From Phallusia mammillata (Eukaryota), in the NCBI GenBank assembly GCA_965637545.1, contig OZ281496.1, positions 21,576,001 through 21,640,000 on the forward strand: 64,000 nucleotides of DNA. Reading direction: 5' to 3'. Position numbers and translations under genes: made by a program. The stretch's first letter is position 1. Every line of letters begins with the position of its first letter. Positions 62,040 to 64,000 of this stretch are shown here, in pieces. A model generated the notes under the pieces. It was given only the letters and a program-made list of their open reading frames with translations. It made no database searches and had not been told where the DNA came from.

Positions 62040-64000
62040 ATGGCTGGAAGTTTAAGAAATCTTGTGACGATTCTGGTCTGCTTTAGAACTGGTAAGTCCT
62101 TCAGCTACTTGGCGAAAATAAGAATAGTGAGACAGTTTAAAATTGCAAACTTTCAATGCTTTTGCTGAAACAAAACTTTTGTTTTATGTATACTTAACGG
62201 TTTAGTTAGTTTGCTTCCAAATGCAGTAACAATGACCGTTTAACTCCAAACTATACTTTGAGAAAATGTGTATTAGTCAATAAATCAAAGAGTAAGAATA
62301 ACTATTTAAAAATAACTGTAATATGTTTAAGCCTTGTCGGAAGACACAGCGTGTAGAAGAGGTGATGTTCGGATCGTTACAATAACATCGAACCCAACAA
62401 GTCATGAACAAAGTTTTACGTCAAAGCATCAAGATCGCCATGTATCTGTTGTTCCCATATCAGGAAAACTTGCAACACACGAATTTTGCATTGTAAGTTT
62501 AGTTGCAATCTTTTCCTTGCCAATATCCTTTAAACGTTTTTTATACTAAAAACACAAAAACTAAAGCGGGCACAAAGCCATAAGCAAAGCAAGAATTTTA
62601 AACCAAGTAGCCTACATGGAATTTTATTCTATCATTTAAAATATGAGACCTAGACTAAATTAGTTTCAAAACGTCACTTCAATAAGGCATAAAATCATGT
62701 ATTAAGGCTTGTTTTTAGGTGAAAGATTCAAATGGGAAAAGGATAGAAAAGTACGTTGACGATGGTCTACAAACCGGAGTTGTTAGAGTAAATACTTCAA
62801 GAATGGACGTAGTGTGTGAAGTGAACAGCAGCCGGACCCGCTTTGTTCTTAAATTTGGCGGATGTAAGTTTCAAACAATGCTAGTTAAAGGTTTTAAATA
62901 TGAAGGTTAAAAGGTTATATTGATTCGACTAACTATGTTAACAGACCTTAGAGGGAACCGAATTCACCCAGACTAAAATAGGTTTTTTGATAATGTCAAA
63001 TGTTGCCTTCATGGTGTTTATGAACAGAAGTAAAGTATCTGTGATGACAAAATTAGGTGTTTATAGATCGCACCTTCAGTAAAGCTGTCGCCCGGCGAAA
63101 ACGCATTACATCTGGTAAGTACACAAACTACATGTCAAATGAATGGATAATTCCGAGCAAAACAGCATGCAACTTCTCCTTGACGTTTCTATACCTCGCA
63201 CTCCCTTCCCGTTGTGACATACTACTGGTAAGTTTTTACACGTGTTTGACATTTTAAAAAGTTAAAATGTATGAAGCATCAGAAACAAACACATTTGTCA
63301 GACCAAAGTTACCTTGTACTGAATATTCGCTGGCATTTTGACTTTACATTTTTACATAAGGAAGGTTCTATCCATTTGCCGTACCAAACAATAATCTTTA
63401 GCCCCAGTGGCAATTAGTTTTTTAAATCTAATCTAATCACTTTTTATAGATTCGTTCTGATGATAACTGTTCAAACGCATTACGATGGGACACTAACCGC
63501 CAAATAGGACACTTTAGTGGAAGGAAACTGACTCTTCAACTGCAGTCATATGGAGAGAACAAAACAGCTGATAAACAAAAAGCACAAGGATTTGAGCTTA
63601 AAATCAATAAGCACTGTAAGTCACGACTTTCAAAACTAATAATCTACGATTCTGTCATGTCCAAAAATTGAGCTTTGCTTGTTTGTAAATTCTCAACCGA
63701 AAAGGAGTTTTAATTATAATTATACTTTAATTCTAATGTTTCATGCATTTTTTTAAAAACATATGATGTGACAAAAGTTTTTTGTCGTTACAGCTTGTTT
63801 ACCAAAGAAAACAACGGTAAAATGCAAGAAAACTGTGAACGTTAGGTGAGAGTTTTAAATCACATCTGATTTAGTAATCCAAAGCCATTTGCTTAAACAT
63901 ACAAACAAATCGTTACTTTTTCATAGTTTCGGTGACGAAGATTTGCGCAGACTTAGTGTTTCAATCAGAAATACACTCTACATTACGACAGGCAAAACAT
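62040..64000 (+). CDS. Divergent fourth paralog of the CUB/ZP-like family, truncated by the window end
   Basis: Exons 62040-62091, 62332-62492, 62719-62863, 63067-63227, 63450-63615, 63794-63845, 63927-end. Same phases as copies 1-3 and identical 145-nt and 52-nt exons. Peptides align (VKDSNGK..KY..DGLQTG; FSKAV..RK..TS..NY..NEW..C.F.L.F..LP; QLQ..GFELKI; C..K.T..C). Signal peptide MAGSLRNLVTILVCFRTALS. Confidence 0.8.

Noticed and set aside
1-64000. CRISPR arrays, rRNA, autonomous transposase or RT genes, antisense ORFs over CYP exons
   Set aside because: No regularly spaced repeat-spacer array or recognisable motifs. Antisense ORFs are shadows of conserved CYP exons.

Overview
Eukaryotic, AT-rich, intron-rich genomic DNA. 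An invertebrate chordate such as an ascidian is my best guess, but this is inference only. No rRNA, true tRNA, CRISPR array or autonomous transposase was recognised. The window holds two back-to-back tandem gene arrays, rebuilt by hand from splice sites and reading-frame phase. (1) About 0.6-43.8 kb is a cluster of clan-2 (CYP2-like) cytochrome P450 genes with one 9-exon layout (intron phases 0,2,0,2,1,0,1,0). Seven copies are intact (A, C, E, F, G, H, I). Copy B has open exons 3-9 but no exons 1-2. Copy D is a pseudogene that lost exon 3. There are two small pseudogene fragments. Every copy with an exon 2 replaces the heme-contacting WxxxR motif with FxxQK. (2) About 44.7-64 kb holds four paralogs of a glycoprotein with a signal peptide, two CUB-like domains, an apparently stand-alone ZP-C domain (no room for ZP-N) and a TM segment; copy 4 is visible only up to the start of the ZP-C-position exon. 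Copy 1 has a stop just before the TM (possibly secreted), copy 2 is a pseudogene, copy 3 is intact and membrane-anchored, and copy 4 is divergent and runs off the window. Copies 1-3 are sequence mosaics of each other. Introns and spacers carry many non-autonomous hAT-type MITEs (several with perfect 8-bp TSDs, one nested) and a tRNA-derived SINE. Domain names come from by-eye motif matching, not database searches.
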